A stretch of DNA of 42,718 bases from an uncultured Deferribacteres bacterium (GTDB taxonomy: Bacteria > Zhuqueibacterota > Zhuqueibacteria > Zhuqueibacterales > Geothermadaptataceae). The stretch is taken from assembly GCA_964014485.1 (NCBI GenBank), contig CAXHAT010000051.1, positions 1-42,718 on the forward strand, in the 5' to 3' direction. The translations under genes were made by a program, and so were the position numbers. The notes beneath the pieces were generated by a model. That model saw only the letters and a program-made list of their open reading frames with translations. It did not search any database and had not been told where the DNA came from. The first letter of the stretch is position 1. Each line of letters opens with the position of its first letter. This document shows, in pieces, positions 1 to 8,355 of the stretch.

Positions 1-45
1 ACACCAAGAAGCTCGTCGGCAGCGTCAGATGTGTATAAGAGACAG
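1..45 (+). other. Illumina Nextera i5 adapter remnant (P5 tail ACAC + 8-nt index CAAGAAGC + Tn5 mosaic-end adapter); library artefact
   Basis: Positions 13-45 read TCGTCGGCAGCGTCAGATGTGTATAAGAGACAG, the exact Nextera read-1 adapter. They are preceded by ACAC plus 8 nt, as in P5-ACAC[i5]. Confidence 0.97.
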
Positions 46-54
46 GTTCTGAAC

Positions 55-124
55 GTCATTCCCGCGGAGGCGGGAATCCAGGAAATCGCGCAAACCTCTG
101 GATTCCCGCCTCCGCGGGAATGAC
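55..124. repeat. REP/dRS3-like palindromic element, family A copy 1
   Basis: GTCATTCCCGCGGAGGCGGGAATCCAG...CTGGATTCCCGCCTCCGCGGGAATGAC forms an inverted pair of ATTCCC-N8-GGGAAT units. Related copies are at 10082 and 11772. Confidence 0.9.
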
Positions 125-208
125 ATGGAGAGTATGTTTCGGGACGGATCGCGTAACATCAGTTATTTAAGTCTACTGACAACTCACTTCAAGGGAGAGG
201 CTGAATCG

Positions 209-2041
209 GTGGAAAGAGTACCCAAAAAGTTGTCCGGCGGCGGATTCTCAGCGATGAACATCGCCACGACCATCATTTTCGTGTTGGTCGCCTACGGTGT
301 GCTGAAGCTGGGGCTCCAATTCTGGGACGCGATTAACCCGACCGCGGACGCCCCGGTCACGACGGACGCATTCGGCGGCGACGTCGTTACGCCGGAGCAG
401 GCAGGCGAGGTCGAATACCGTCAATTCCCGTGGATCGGCAGTCGGGTGTTTATGTGGATCGTGGCCGAATTACACCTGATGTTCGCCGCGTTTGTGCTGG
501 CCGTGCCAATGTTCGCCATCATCATCGAATTTATCGGCTATAAAACCGGCGATAAGAAGTTCGACAAGCTGGCCTACGAATTCACCAAGCTTTTGTCCGT
601 TTCCTTCTCTCTCACCGCTACGCTCGGCGCGGTTCTCACCTTTGGTCTCATCATCTTTTATCCGCGATTGACCGGCTATCTCGCCAGTGTTTTTAGCTGG
701 ACGTTCTTGCCCTACGTCCTGCTCTTTTTCGCGGAGGCCGGTTTTCTCTACGCCTATTATTACGGCTGGGGCAAGTTCTCGCCAAAAGTGCATTTGTTCC
801 TCGGCGTCATGCTCAACGTCGTCGGTACGGCGATCATGTTTATCGCCAACGCCTGGCTGACGTTTATGAACTCGCCGAACGGCATTACCGAGACCGGCGC
901 TTTGGTCAGCACCTGGGATGCGATCAACAACTTTTTGTGGATGCCGATCAATATTCACCGGATTATCGCCAACGCGGCCTTCGGCGGCTCGATTGCGGCG
1001 GCTTACGGCGCGTTCAAGTTTCTCGGCGCCAAGACCGACGAGGAGCGCGCGCACTACGACTGGATGGGTTACATCGGCAACTTCGTCGCCATCAGCGCCT
1101 TTTTGCCGCTGCCTTTTGCAGGTTATTATTTAGGGCGCGAAATTTACGCCTATGACCAGAGCCTCGGGATTACGTTGATGGGCGGGACGTTCTCATGGCT
1201 GTTCATCGTGCAAGCGGTGCTGATCGGAAATCTGTTTTTGGGGGCGAATTATTATCTCTGGCTGGGCATGGAGCGAATACCGGGAGCTGAACGCTACCGG
1301 CGATTTATTAAGTACTTGCTGGCCAGCGTCGCTGTGTGTTTTATCGTTTGGGCGACGCCGCACTCGCTGCAAGCCACGGCGGAGGAAGCGCGATCGATGG
1401 GCGGGTCGCATCACCCGGTTCTTGGCGTGCTAGGGGTCATGGCCGCTAAAAACACGGCGGTAAACATTTTAATTTTAACAACATACATCAGCTTCCTGCT
1501 CTACCGGCGCGGCAACAAGACGCCGACCGTTGCCTGGGCCAAAACCGGCAACCGGGTGCAGTTTGGCATTTTCGCCGCCGTCATTCTTTACGTCGTCTAT
1601 CTCGGCGTGCGCGGCTATTTCGTCCCGACAACGGTGCGCATCGGCGAATCGGTTTATCAAGTGCTTGCGGTACTCTTCGCGATGGTCGCAGTAACAGTGA
1701 TCGACGTTTATCTTTTCAAAAACGCCAAAATACAAGGGAAGATAAAATGGGGAAAAATGCCGGCGAGGGCGCAATACACGCTGTTTTTCCTCGCCATCAC
1801 ATTTACCTGGCTCATGGGCTTGATGGGCTACGTTCGCGCCGGGATGCGTCAGCACTGGCACGTCTACCGCGTAATGAAAGACACCTCGCCCGACGCTTAC
1901 ACACCGACGCTGGGCTTCGCTGCTGACGTCGTTTCTGTGACCGTGATCATCTTTTTCTGCTTCATCGCCTTCGTCTTCTGGCTCGCCGGACTCACGACGA
2001 AGAAGGATTGGCAGCCCAAACCCGTGGAGGCCGGATCATGA
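209..2041 (+). CDS. Cytochrome bd-like oxidase subunit I (CydA-like, Nitrospira-type bd-like family)
   Basis: Multi-TM protein with CydA-like motifs AELHLMFAAF, FFAEAGF, ANAWLTFMNSP, NIHRIIAN, GVMAAKN and GYVRAGMRQHW. Likely start is GTG209 (GGAGAGG 8 nt upstream) or ATG254. The ORF-track start at 125 lies at the edge of a repeat. Confidence 0.85.
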   Translation: MERVPKKLSGGGFSAMNIATTIIFVLVAYGVLKLGLQFWDAINPTADAPVTTDAFGGDVVTPEQAGEVEYRQFPWIGSRVFMWIVAELHLMFAAFVLAVPMFAIIIEFIGYKTGDKKFDKLAYEFTKLLSVSFSLTATLGAVLTFGLIIFYPRLTGYLASVFSWTFLPYVLLFFAEAGFLYAYYYGWGKFSPKVHLFLGVMLNVVGTAIMFIANAWLTFMNSPNGITETGALVSTWDAINNFLWMPINIHRIIANAAFGGSIAAAYGAFKFLGAKTDEERAHYDWMGYIGNFVAISAFLPLPFAGYYLGREIYAYDQSLGITLMGGTFSWLFIVQAVLIGNLFLGANYYLWLGMERIPGAERYRRFIKYLLASVAVCFIVWATPHSLQATAEEARSMGGSHHPVLGVLGVMAAKNTAVNILILTTYISFLLYRRGNKTPTVAWAKTGNRVQFGIFAAVILYVVYLGVRGYFVPTTVRIGESVYQVLAVLFAMVAVTVIDVYLFKNAKIQGKIKWGKMPARAQYTLFFLAITFTWLMGLMGYVRAGMRQHWHVYRVMKDTSPDAYTPTLGFAADVVSVTVIIFFCFIAFVFWLAGLTTKKDWQPKPVEAGS

Positions 2042-2835
2042 AAAATATGCTTTCCGTTTTCGGCTTCACAATACTCGTGACGCTGTTTTATCGTTATGTC
2101 GGCAATGAAATTCCGCCGCAAAAACTCACCCTGCCGCCGCAGGATATCGAAATCAGCCCGGATTTGACTACCGATGAAATGGTGACCATCGGCGAGCAGG
2201 TTTTTAACGAAAAAGGCACGTGCATGACCTGCCACGCTTTCGCCGACCGCGCCCCCGTCTTAGACGGCATTGGCGCACGAGCCGGGACGCAGGTCGAGGG
2301 CATGAGCGACATTGAATACCTCGCTGAATCGATCTATGAGCCGAACACCTACATCGTCGAAAACTTCCTTCCCGGCATGACCCCGGCAAACCTGATTGGC
2401 TTAACCGATCCCGAAGTGCTGACCATCATCGCTTACTTGCAATCCAAAGGCGGCACGCCGACGATAACGATGGACACGGAATTGAAATGGCAGGGTCAAT
2501 CAGGACCGACCATCGTGGTCGACGAATCCATGTCCGCCGAGGAAGTGGCGGCGCGCGAATTCTTTGCCAATTCGGGCTGTGCGACCTGCCATGCGCTCGA
2601 TACGCCGGACAGAATGCTTGGGCCGACCCTTTACGACGTTGGCGCGCGCATGACGCCGGAAGAAATTGAAGCAAACATCATGGAGCCGGACGCCGTCGTG
2701 ACGGAAGGTTTCGAAGCGTTTGCCGGACAAATGAAAACCACGCTCACGACGCTTGGTTTTTATGACAAGCTGACTCCCGAAAACATGAAGCTTTTGGTTG
2801 ATTTTCTGTCCACGAGGAAAGGAGATCAAGAATGA
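2038..2835 (+). CDS. Membrane-anchored diheme cytochrome c
   Basis: Two CxxCH motifs (CMTCH, CATCH) and an N-terminal hydrophobic anchor. ATGA overlap with the upstream stop. Confidence 0.9.
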   Translation: MKNMLSVFGFTILVTLFYRYVGNEIPPQKLTLPPQDIEISPDLTTDEMVTIGEQVFNEKGTCMTCHAFADRAPVLDGIGARAGTQVEGMSDIEYLAESIYEPNTYIVENFLPGMTPANLIGLTDPEVLTIIAYLQSKGGTPTITMDTELKWQGQSGPTIVVDESMSAEEVAAREFFANSGCATCHALDTPDRMLGPTLYDVGARMTPEEIEANIMEPDAVVTEGFEAFAGQMKTTLTTLGFYDKLTPENMKLLVDFLSTRKGDQE

Positions 2836-3641
2836 ATCTACTCGTCGTTTTAGCCATTGTCGGCGCGATGATCGCGCTGCGTTTTTTGAAGCCGAACGCA
2901 CTGGCCTGGATGGGCATTTGGTGGGTGGCGTGTTACATCTTCCTGAGCTATGGCATTGAGGCGCTGCCCGGATCTCTGGTCTTTATGTTCATGGGCATCG
3001 TCACCATCGTTTTGCTCACGCAGCTTTCGGCGAATTCCGAAGATATGGAAAACGCCAAAAACACGGTGGTCAATTTTATCAGTAATGATAAATACAAAGT
3101 GCCGCTCATTGTCGTCGTTTTGCTGATCCCCATGCTTTCGGCGTGGAAAGTTTATTCGGACATGAACAAACCTGTTACGGCCCCCGGTTCCGGTCGAACG
3201 ATCCACCCGCCGCCGCCGCAGCAGATTACATTTCTCGGCAAGCCCATTGATCTGGTCAACGTGGAAAATCCTTATCGCGCGTTTGAGACGACCAACGCCG
3301 ACAGCTTCGCCGCACACCTCGCCAACGGCCGTCGCGTTTATTTTCAAAATTGCGTGTACTGTCACGGCGACGACATGAAAGGCAAAGGCAATTTCGCCCA
3401 TGCGCTCGATCCGCTCCCGGCGAACTTCGCCGACCCGACGACCATTGCCATGCTGCAGGAATCCTATCTTGTCTGGCGCATTGCCAAAGGCGGGCCGGGA
3501 CTTCCGGATGAAGCGACGCCGTGGCTTTCCGCGATGCCCGCCTGGGAAAAATTTCTGACTGAGGAGGAAATCTGGGACGTGATTTTGTTTCTCTATGAAT
3601 ACACCAATCAGGTACCGAGAGCGCGGGAGGAGATGCACTAA
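2832..3641 (+). CDS. Multi-TM monoheme cytochrome c
   Basis: About 4 N-terminal TM segments, CVYCH, distal Met motif SAMPAW. ATGA overlap and GGAG RBS. Confidence 0.88.
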   Translation: MNLLVVLAIVGAMIALRFLKPNALAWMGIWWVACYIFLSYGIEALPGSLVFMFMGIVTIVLLTQLSANSEDMENAKNTVVNFISNDKYKVPLIVVVLLIPMLSAWKVYSDMNKPVTAPGSGRTIHPPPPQQITFLGKPIDLVNVENPYRAFETTNADSFAAHLANGRRVYFQNCVYCHGDDMKGKGNFAHALDPLPANFADPTTIAMLQESYLVWRIAKGGPGLPDEATPWLSAMPAWEKFLTEEEIWDVILFLYEYTNQVPRAREEMH

Positions 3642-5314
3642 TGAAAAAGCAAGCTATACTCATCGCCTCAATTTTCGCCGGTTTTTCTCTGGCCCAAGCA
3701 CAGCAGCCCGACCTGGGCACGGAAGAGCAGCGCCAGGCCGGTAAAATTCTCTACGACGAAAAATGCGCGCAATGTCACGGGATCAACGGCGACGGCAAGG
3801 GCGTGGCCGGGGACTACTTCAAGCCCAAACCGCGCGACTTTACCCGCGGCACCTATAAAATTCGCACAACCAAAACCGGCGAACTGCCGACGGATCAGGA
3901 TTTGAAAGACATTATCCGCAAAGGCATGCCTTACACCGGGATGCCGCCCTGGCCGGATTTGTCCGATCAGCAAATCACCAATCTGATGTATTACATCAAG
4001 ACATTCTCGGACGCTTTCGCGGATCCTGAGTACATTCCGCAAGAATCGGATTTGACCAACGCGCCTGCGTATAGCGAAGAATCGGCGCTGGCGGGACGGG
4101 CGGTTTTTGAAGCGAACGAGTGTATCGCGTGTCACGGCAACTTTGGACGGAGTGACGGCGCTACGGCAACCGGCATCTCCGACGACTGGGGCGACCACAT
4201 TCGTCCGGCGGACATGACCAAGCGCTGGACTTTTCGCGGCGGCAGCACACGGGAAGACATTTATCGCACTTTCCTGACCGGCATGAACGGAACGCCGATG
4301 CCATCGTACGACGGTTTGATCACGCCGGAAGATCAGTGGCGCCTCGTTGATTATGTTTACTCGCTTTCACGCGACGAGCCGGATTACGGAACGCTCGTCA
4401 CCTCAAAACCGTATGTCGGCGACATCGATCTTGCTTTGGGCGATTCGTTGTTCTCAGGCGTGGAAATGACGTATTTTTCGATTTTCGGACAGGTCATTGA
4501 GCCCGGCCGCGAATTCTATCCCGGCGCCAGCGGCATTGAAGTCACCGCCGTGCATAACGAGAACGACATTGCGATTCGCTTGAAGTGGAACGATATGAGT
4601 GCGGAGCAGGGCGGTCAAAACAATCCTGCATTGGAAGTTCCGCGTTTTGAGCCGAGCACGGGCGCTGAAGCTGAATCCGATGATCCGTTCGCCGAAGACG
4701 CTGATCCTTTTGCGGAAGAAGTCGAAGAAGATCCCTTTGCCGATGAGGCCGATCCGTTCGCTGAGGAAGAAGATCCTTTCGCGGAAGACGATCCCTTCGC
4801 CGACCCGACGCAAGACCCCAATTCTTTCTCGGACGCCGTTGCGATTCAGTTTCCGCGCACCTCGTCCGGAGCCATCCCTTACCTCATTTTTGGCGACCGC
4901 CGCACGCCGGCTGATCTCTGGTTCAGCGATCTCGCGACCGGCGAAGCGCAAACATGGATCGGCAAAGGCAGCGAAAATGTGGAGCTTGATTCCGTCGACA
5001 CGGCGCTGTCCGTCTGGACAAACTATGATCAAGGTCAGTGGACGGCGATTTTCAAGCGCAGCCGCCAAAACGGGGAAGATCGCATGACATTTGACGAAGG
5101 GAAATTCATCCCGATAGCTTTTTCAACCTGGGACGGTTTCAACGAAGAGCGCGGCAACAAGCGCGGCATGTCGTCCTGGTATTACATCTACCTTGAGCCA
5201 TTGCAAAAGCAATCCGCCATGCTGCCAATGATGAAGCTTGGCTTCTTCGTGCTCGTGGTCGAATTGCTAATCGTCTTCGCCGTGCGCATGAAAAACGGTA
5301 AAAAATCAGTTTAA
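3641..5314 (+). CDS. Diheme cytochrome c fused to an ethylbenzene-dehydrogenase gamma (EB_dh)-like domain, with C-terminal TM anchor
   Basis: Signal peptide; CAQCH and CIACH with GMPPW/PMPSY distal Mets; EB_dh-like motifs SDAVAIQFP and IAFSTWDG..ERGNK; C-terminal hydrophobic helix. Confidence 0.82.
   Translation: MKKQAILIASIFAGFSLAQAQQPDLGTEEQRQAGKILYDEKCAQCHGINGDGKGVAGDYFKPKPRDFTRGTYKIRTTKTGELPTDQDLKDIIRKGMPYTGMPPWPDLSDQQITNLMYYIKTFSDAFADPEYIPQESDLTNAPAYSEESALAGRAVFEANECIACHGNFGRSDGATATGISDDWGDHIRPADMTKRWTFRGGSTREDIYRTFLTGMNGTPMPSYDGLITPEDQWRLVDYVYSLSRDEPDYGTLVTSKPYVGDIDLALGDSLFSGVEMTYFSIFGQVIEPGREFYPGASGIEVTAVHNENDIAIRLKWNDMSAEQGGQNNPALEVPRFEPSTGAEAESDDPFAEDADPFAEEVEEDPFADEADPFAEEEDPFAEDDPFADPTQDPNSFSDAVAIQFPRTSSGAIPYLIFGDRRTPADLWFSDLATGEAQTWIGKGSENVELDSVDTALSVWTNYDQGQWTAIFKRSRQNGEDRMTFDEGKFIPIAFSTWDGFNEERGNKRGMSSWYYIYLEPLQKQSAMLPMMKLGFFVLVVELLIVFAVRMKNGKKSV
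4682..4804 (+). repeat. Intragenic peptide repeat (DPFA[E/D]) x6
   Basis: DPFAEDADPFAEEVEEDPFADEADPFAEEEDPFAEDDPFAD, with synonymous codon variation between units. Confidence 0.9.
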
Positions 5315-5322
5315 TGAGTCTT

Positions 5323-5365
5323 GCATTTTCCCTGCTTGTTGATGGGCGGCAAGCAGGGAAATTGC
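5323..5365 (+). terminator. Stem-loop after the cytochrome operon
   Basis: GCATTTTCCCTGCTTG...CAAGCAGGGAAATTGC inverted repeat starting 9 nt after the stop codon. No strong U-tract immediately after it. Confidence 0.55.
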
Positions 5366-5495
5366 GGAGCGTCTTCGGGGTTTTCTTGCTTTATGTTCAT
5401 AAATTCTCCCCCCCTTAATAATCTATTTCCCCTTGAAAGCCGTTGATCATTTTTGTAGCTTGATCGCAATAAAATTACAACAAAGAGATCGCAAG

Positions 5496-5762
5496 ATGGC
5501 CCAATTCACTTCAAAACTTGACAAAAAGGGGCGCGTTGTCATTGCTCCCGAATTGCTGAACGCTCTCCGAATAGTTCCGGGAACGACCTTAATGTTGGAA
5601 GTCAAAGACGACAATATCGTTTTACAGCCAATCCCTCAAGAACCGAAACTGGTTGAAAAAGACGGCGTGCTTGTCGTTCGCCCGCTTTCCGCGGGAGATA
5701 TCCTCGACGAAGTCGTCAAAGATCGAAAAGAGCGTATATCAAATATTATCAAAGATTTTTAA
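5496..5762 (+). CDS. AbrB/MazE/SpoVT-family antitoxin
   Basis: SKLDKKGRVVIAPELLNALRIVPGTTL is an AbrB-fold motif. The stop overlaps the PIN gene start. Confidence 0.85.
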   Translation: MAQFTSKLDKKGRVVIAPELLNALRIVPGTTLMLEVKDDNIVLQPIPQEPKLVEKDGVLVVRPLSAGDILDEVVKDRKERISNIIKDF

Positions 5763-6199
5763 TGAAGGCGCTGTTCGATACAAACGTTGCCGTCGCAGCT
5801 TTAGTTGAAGTGCATCCACACCACAAAAGAGCGTTTCCGTGGTTGAAAAAAATTTTTGACAGTTCTATTTCCGGTATTTTCTGCGCCCACTCGCTCGCCG
5901 AACTTTACTCTTCGTTAACCAGCCTGCCTGTTTTCCCTAAAATATCGCCTACGCAGGAGGAAAGATTAATTACTCAAAATATTCTTCCCCATTTTGAAAT
6001 TGTAGAACTGAGCAAGGAAGATTATTTGACAGTACTTCGGACTGAAGCAGAAAACAGTATCCAAGGCGGAGCTGTCTACGACGCCTTGATCGGGCAAGCC
6101 GCTTTAAAAGCGGGCGTTGATAAATTGTTGACCTTTAATGACAAGCATTTTCGAAGAGCGTATCCGGCAATCGCTGATTTGATCGAAATTCCGAAATAG
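5762..6199 (+). CDS. PIN-domain (VapC-like) toxin
   Basis: ALFDTNV...AELY...YDALI...LLTFN..HF gives the PIN acidic motif pattern. Coupled to the antitoxin gene. Confidence 0.88.
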   Translation: MKALFDTNVAVAALVEVHPHHKRAFPWLKKIFDSSISGIFCAHSLAELYSSLTSLPVFPKISPTQEERLITQNILPHFEIVELSKEDYLTVLRTEAENSIQGGAVYDALIGQAALKAGVDKLLTFNDKHFRRAYPAIADLIEIPK

Positions 6200-6264
6200 G
6201 CAGGCGGGTTTCCTCCATTCGTGTTGGACATGTTACAATAAACTAAAGCGCCTTCAAAAACACG

Positions 6265-6717
6265 ATGAACAATATTCCGCGATTTGGTAAAAGAGACGAA
6301 GGACAAACCTACCGTGAACGCCCCGGCGCTTACGGCGTTGGATTCGATGAGCGAGGTCGGATTGGCGTGGTTTTCAACGGTTCCGGCAACGGCTTTTTAC
6401 CCGGCGGCGGCATCGATCCACAGAAATCCCCGGAGCAGGCGCTGCGCCGTGAAGTGATTGAAGAATGCGGATTCGAAATTTCGCTACAAGGTAAAATCGG
6501 AGAAGCGCTTGAATATTTCCAGTCGATCTTTTCAGATAAATTTTTCAAAACGCACGGGCATTATTATGAAATTCGCTTCGAAAAATTTGTCGGCGGCGTC
6601 ATAGAAGACGATCACCAACTCGTTTGGTTGAATCCGGCGGAGGCTGTCCAAAAGCTACATCGAGACGCGCAGGCATGGATCGTCAAACAAGCGTTCCAAA
6701 ATCCGCACAACAGTTGA
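6265..6717 (+). CDS. Nudix hydrolase
   Basis: Nudix box LPGGGIDPQKSPEQALRREVIEECG; the first conserved Glu is replaced by Lys. Confidence 0.85.
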   Translation: MNNIPRFGKRDEGQTYRERPGAYGVGFDERGRIGVVFNGSGNGFLPGGGIDPQKSPEQALRREVIEECGFEISLQGKIGEALEYFQSIFSDKFFKTHGHYYEIRFEKFVGGVIEDDHQLVWLNPAEAVQKLHRDAQAWIVKQAFQNPHNS

Positions 6718-6735
6718 TATTTTAAAGGGAGTTTG

Positions 6736-7509
6736 ATGAAAACCATCCGCACATTGGTTGTTGACGACGAACCTTTCGCGCGCAAAAAACTTCACACTCT
6801 GCTCCAGGACGAGCCTGATTTTGAAATTGTCGGCGATGCGGGCAACGGCAAGGAAGCAATTGAATTAATTCGAGCGCAGAAGCCCGACCTCATGTTTCTT
6901 GATATTCAAATGCCGGAAATGGACGGTTTTCAAACGCTCGAAACCCTCGGCGAAGATGAACGGCCGGCCATTGTTTTTGTCACCGCATTTGATCAATTCG
7001 CTTTACGAGCCTTCGAACTCCACGCGCTCGATTACTTGCTCAAACCTTTCGATCATGAACGCCTTCAAAAAACGCTCAATCGCGTGCGCAGCCAGTTTCG
7101 CGACGAAAGCTCTGAAGAAATCAACGCCAAGCTCAACTTGCTTTTGTCCCACCTCAAGGAAAAACCTAAGTATTTGCAACGCTTGATGATTAAGGCGAGC
7201 GGCAATATTTATTTTCTCAAAACCGATGAAATTGATTGGATTGAAGCGGCGGGAAATTATGTAACGCTTTACACCGGCAAGAAGACGCACTTGCTGCGCG
7301 AGACAATGACCAGCCTGACCGAAAAACTCGACCCGGAGCAATTCGTGCGCATCCATCGCTCACAGATCGTCAACATTGATCGCATCCAAAAATTGCAGAC
7401 CGACCTGCACGGCGACTACGTCATTAAAATGCATACGGGGAAAGAACTCACCCTAACGCGCACCTACCGCGACAGCCTGCTCAAACATTTTGAGAGCGAA
7501 AAATCATAG
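6736..7509 (+). CDS. LytTR-family two-component response regulator
   Basis: Receiver domain (VDDE, FLDIQMP, FVTA, YLLKP) plus LytTR domain (FVRIHRSQIVN). RBS AAGGGAG. Confidence 0.95.
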   Translation: MKTIRTLVVDDEPFARKKLHTLLQDEPDFEIVGDAGNGKEAIELIRAQKPDLMFLDIQMPEMDGFQTLETLGEDERPAIVFVTAFDQFALRAFELHALDYLLKPFDHERLQKTLNRVRSQFRDESSEEINAKLNLLLSHLKEKPKYLQRLMIKASGNIYFLKTDEIDWIEAAGNYVTLYTGKKTHLLRETMTSLTEKLDPEQFVRIHRSQIVNIDRIQKLQTDLHGDYVIKMHTGKELTLTRTYRDSLLKHFESEKS

Positions 7510-7537
7510 CCAGCGCGCAACGGACTCAATTTTCAAC

Positions 7538-8323
7538 TCACGGTTGATCCCCGGCTTGATTAAGCTTCCAGCTATAACTCAGGTTTTCAATCCTCACATT
7601 TTTGTTTAGAAAAATGTGCTTTTGTTCGGGCAGGTAGTGTGCGAGAAAATCGCGGACAGATCCGGATTCTTTAACAAAATCTTCCTCATACCAATCGAAT
7701 ATCTTCGTGACGCGCACAATATCTTTTTCAACTTTTACATATTTCTCATCGGAAAGCGCATTCTTCGTAACCGCTTCCAATAGCAGTTCGAGTGAGTCGG
7801 CGCGAAAAGCGAATGGTGCAAGCGGCGGGCAGCCAATTGAGGCGCAATTGAGTGCGAAATGAATGCGCGCATCTTCAAACTGCGGGCGAATGATTTTGTT
7901 TTCGATTTGATCCAGAGTCAGCTCTCTTCCCGCAACAGAAACGATCCTCTTCTTCCACGGCGTTTTGATAAAATTACCCAAATCCTTGATGCTTTTGACC
8001 GGGTAGTTCTGCAGGATTAGGCGGACAGTCGCGGCGTTATAGAGATTAATCCAGTAGGCTAATCCATCGTCTCGTGACCAACACTCGGGGTTTTGCGTTT
8101 CGAGAAACGCCACGTATTTTTGTAGTTTGTCCATGTCAGCATCATTGTTCCGCCAAGCCGAATATTTCACTCCGGCGCCGGTTACATATTTTTTCAGCAA
8201 GGCGTCAAACGCGTTGTGTATTTCCTCCAGTGCATCTTGATGGTTTTCACAGTTCATTGAAAAACCAAGGTTTGCTTGCATCGCTAGCAATATCACGGTC
8301 ATAAGTTGAATAAAATTTCGCAT
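7538..8323 (-). CDS. DUF547 domain secreted protein
   Basis: Signal peptide; LAYWINLYNA, DARIHFALNCASIGCP, SKIFxWY-like TKIFDWY and YSWKLN motifs. Confidence 0.9.
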   Translation of the reverse strand: MRNFIQLMTVILLAMQANLGFSMNCENHQDALEEIHNAFDALLKKYVTGAGVKYSAWRNNDADMDKLQKYVAFLETQNPECWSRDDGLAYWINLYNAATVRLILQNYPVKSIKDLGNFIKTPWKKRIVSVAGRELTLDQIENKIIRPQFEDARIHFALNCASIGCPPLAPFAFRADSLELLLEAVTKNALSDEKYVKVEKDIVRVTKIFDWYEEDFVKESGSVRDFLAHYLPEQKHIFLNKNVRIENLSYSWKLNQAGDQP

Positions 8324-8355
8324 CTATCGATCCGATTACTAATGAATTTGAATGG

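Noticed and set aside
27..45. Tn5 mosaic end as a genuine transposon end
   Set aside because: It is embedded in the full Nextera adapter with index and P5 tail, and no transposase is present.
125..208. N-terminal extension of the CydA-like ORF
   Set aside because: It starts at the edge of a REP element without an RBS. A good RBS precedes GTG209.
4682..4804. Possible CRISPR-like or VNTR array
   Set aside because: The units are short, irregularly spaced and in frame, and they vary at synonymous sites, so this is a protein repeat.
470..5087. Long antisense and alternate-frame ORFs over the cytochrome operon (similar ones at 18901-19674 and 23744-24487)
   Set aside because: They are shadow ORFs of well-supported genes, caused by codon bias.
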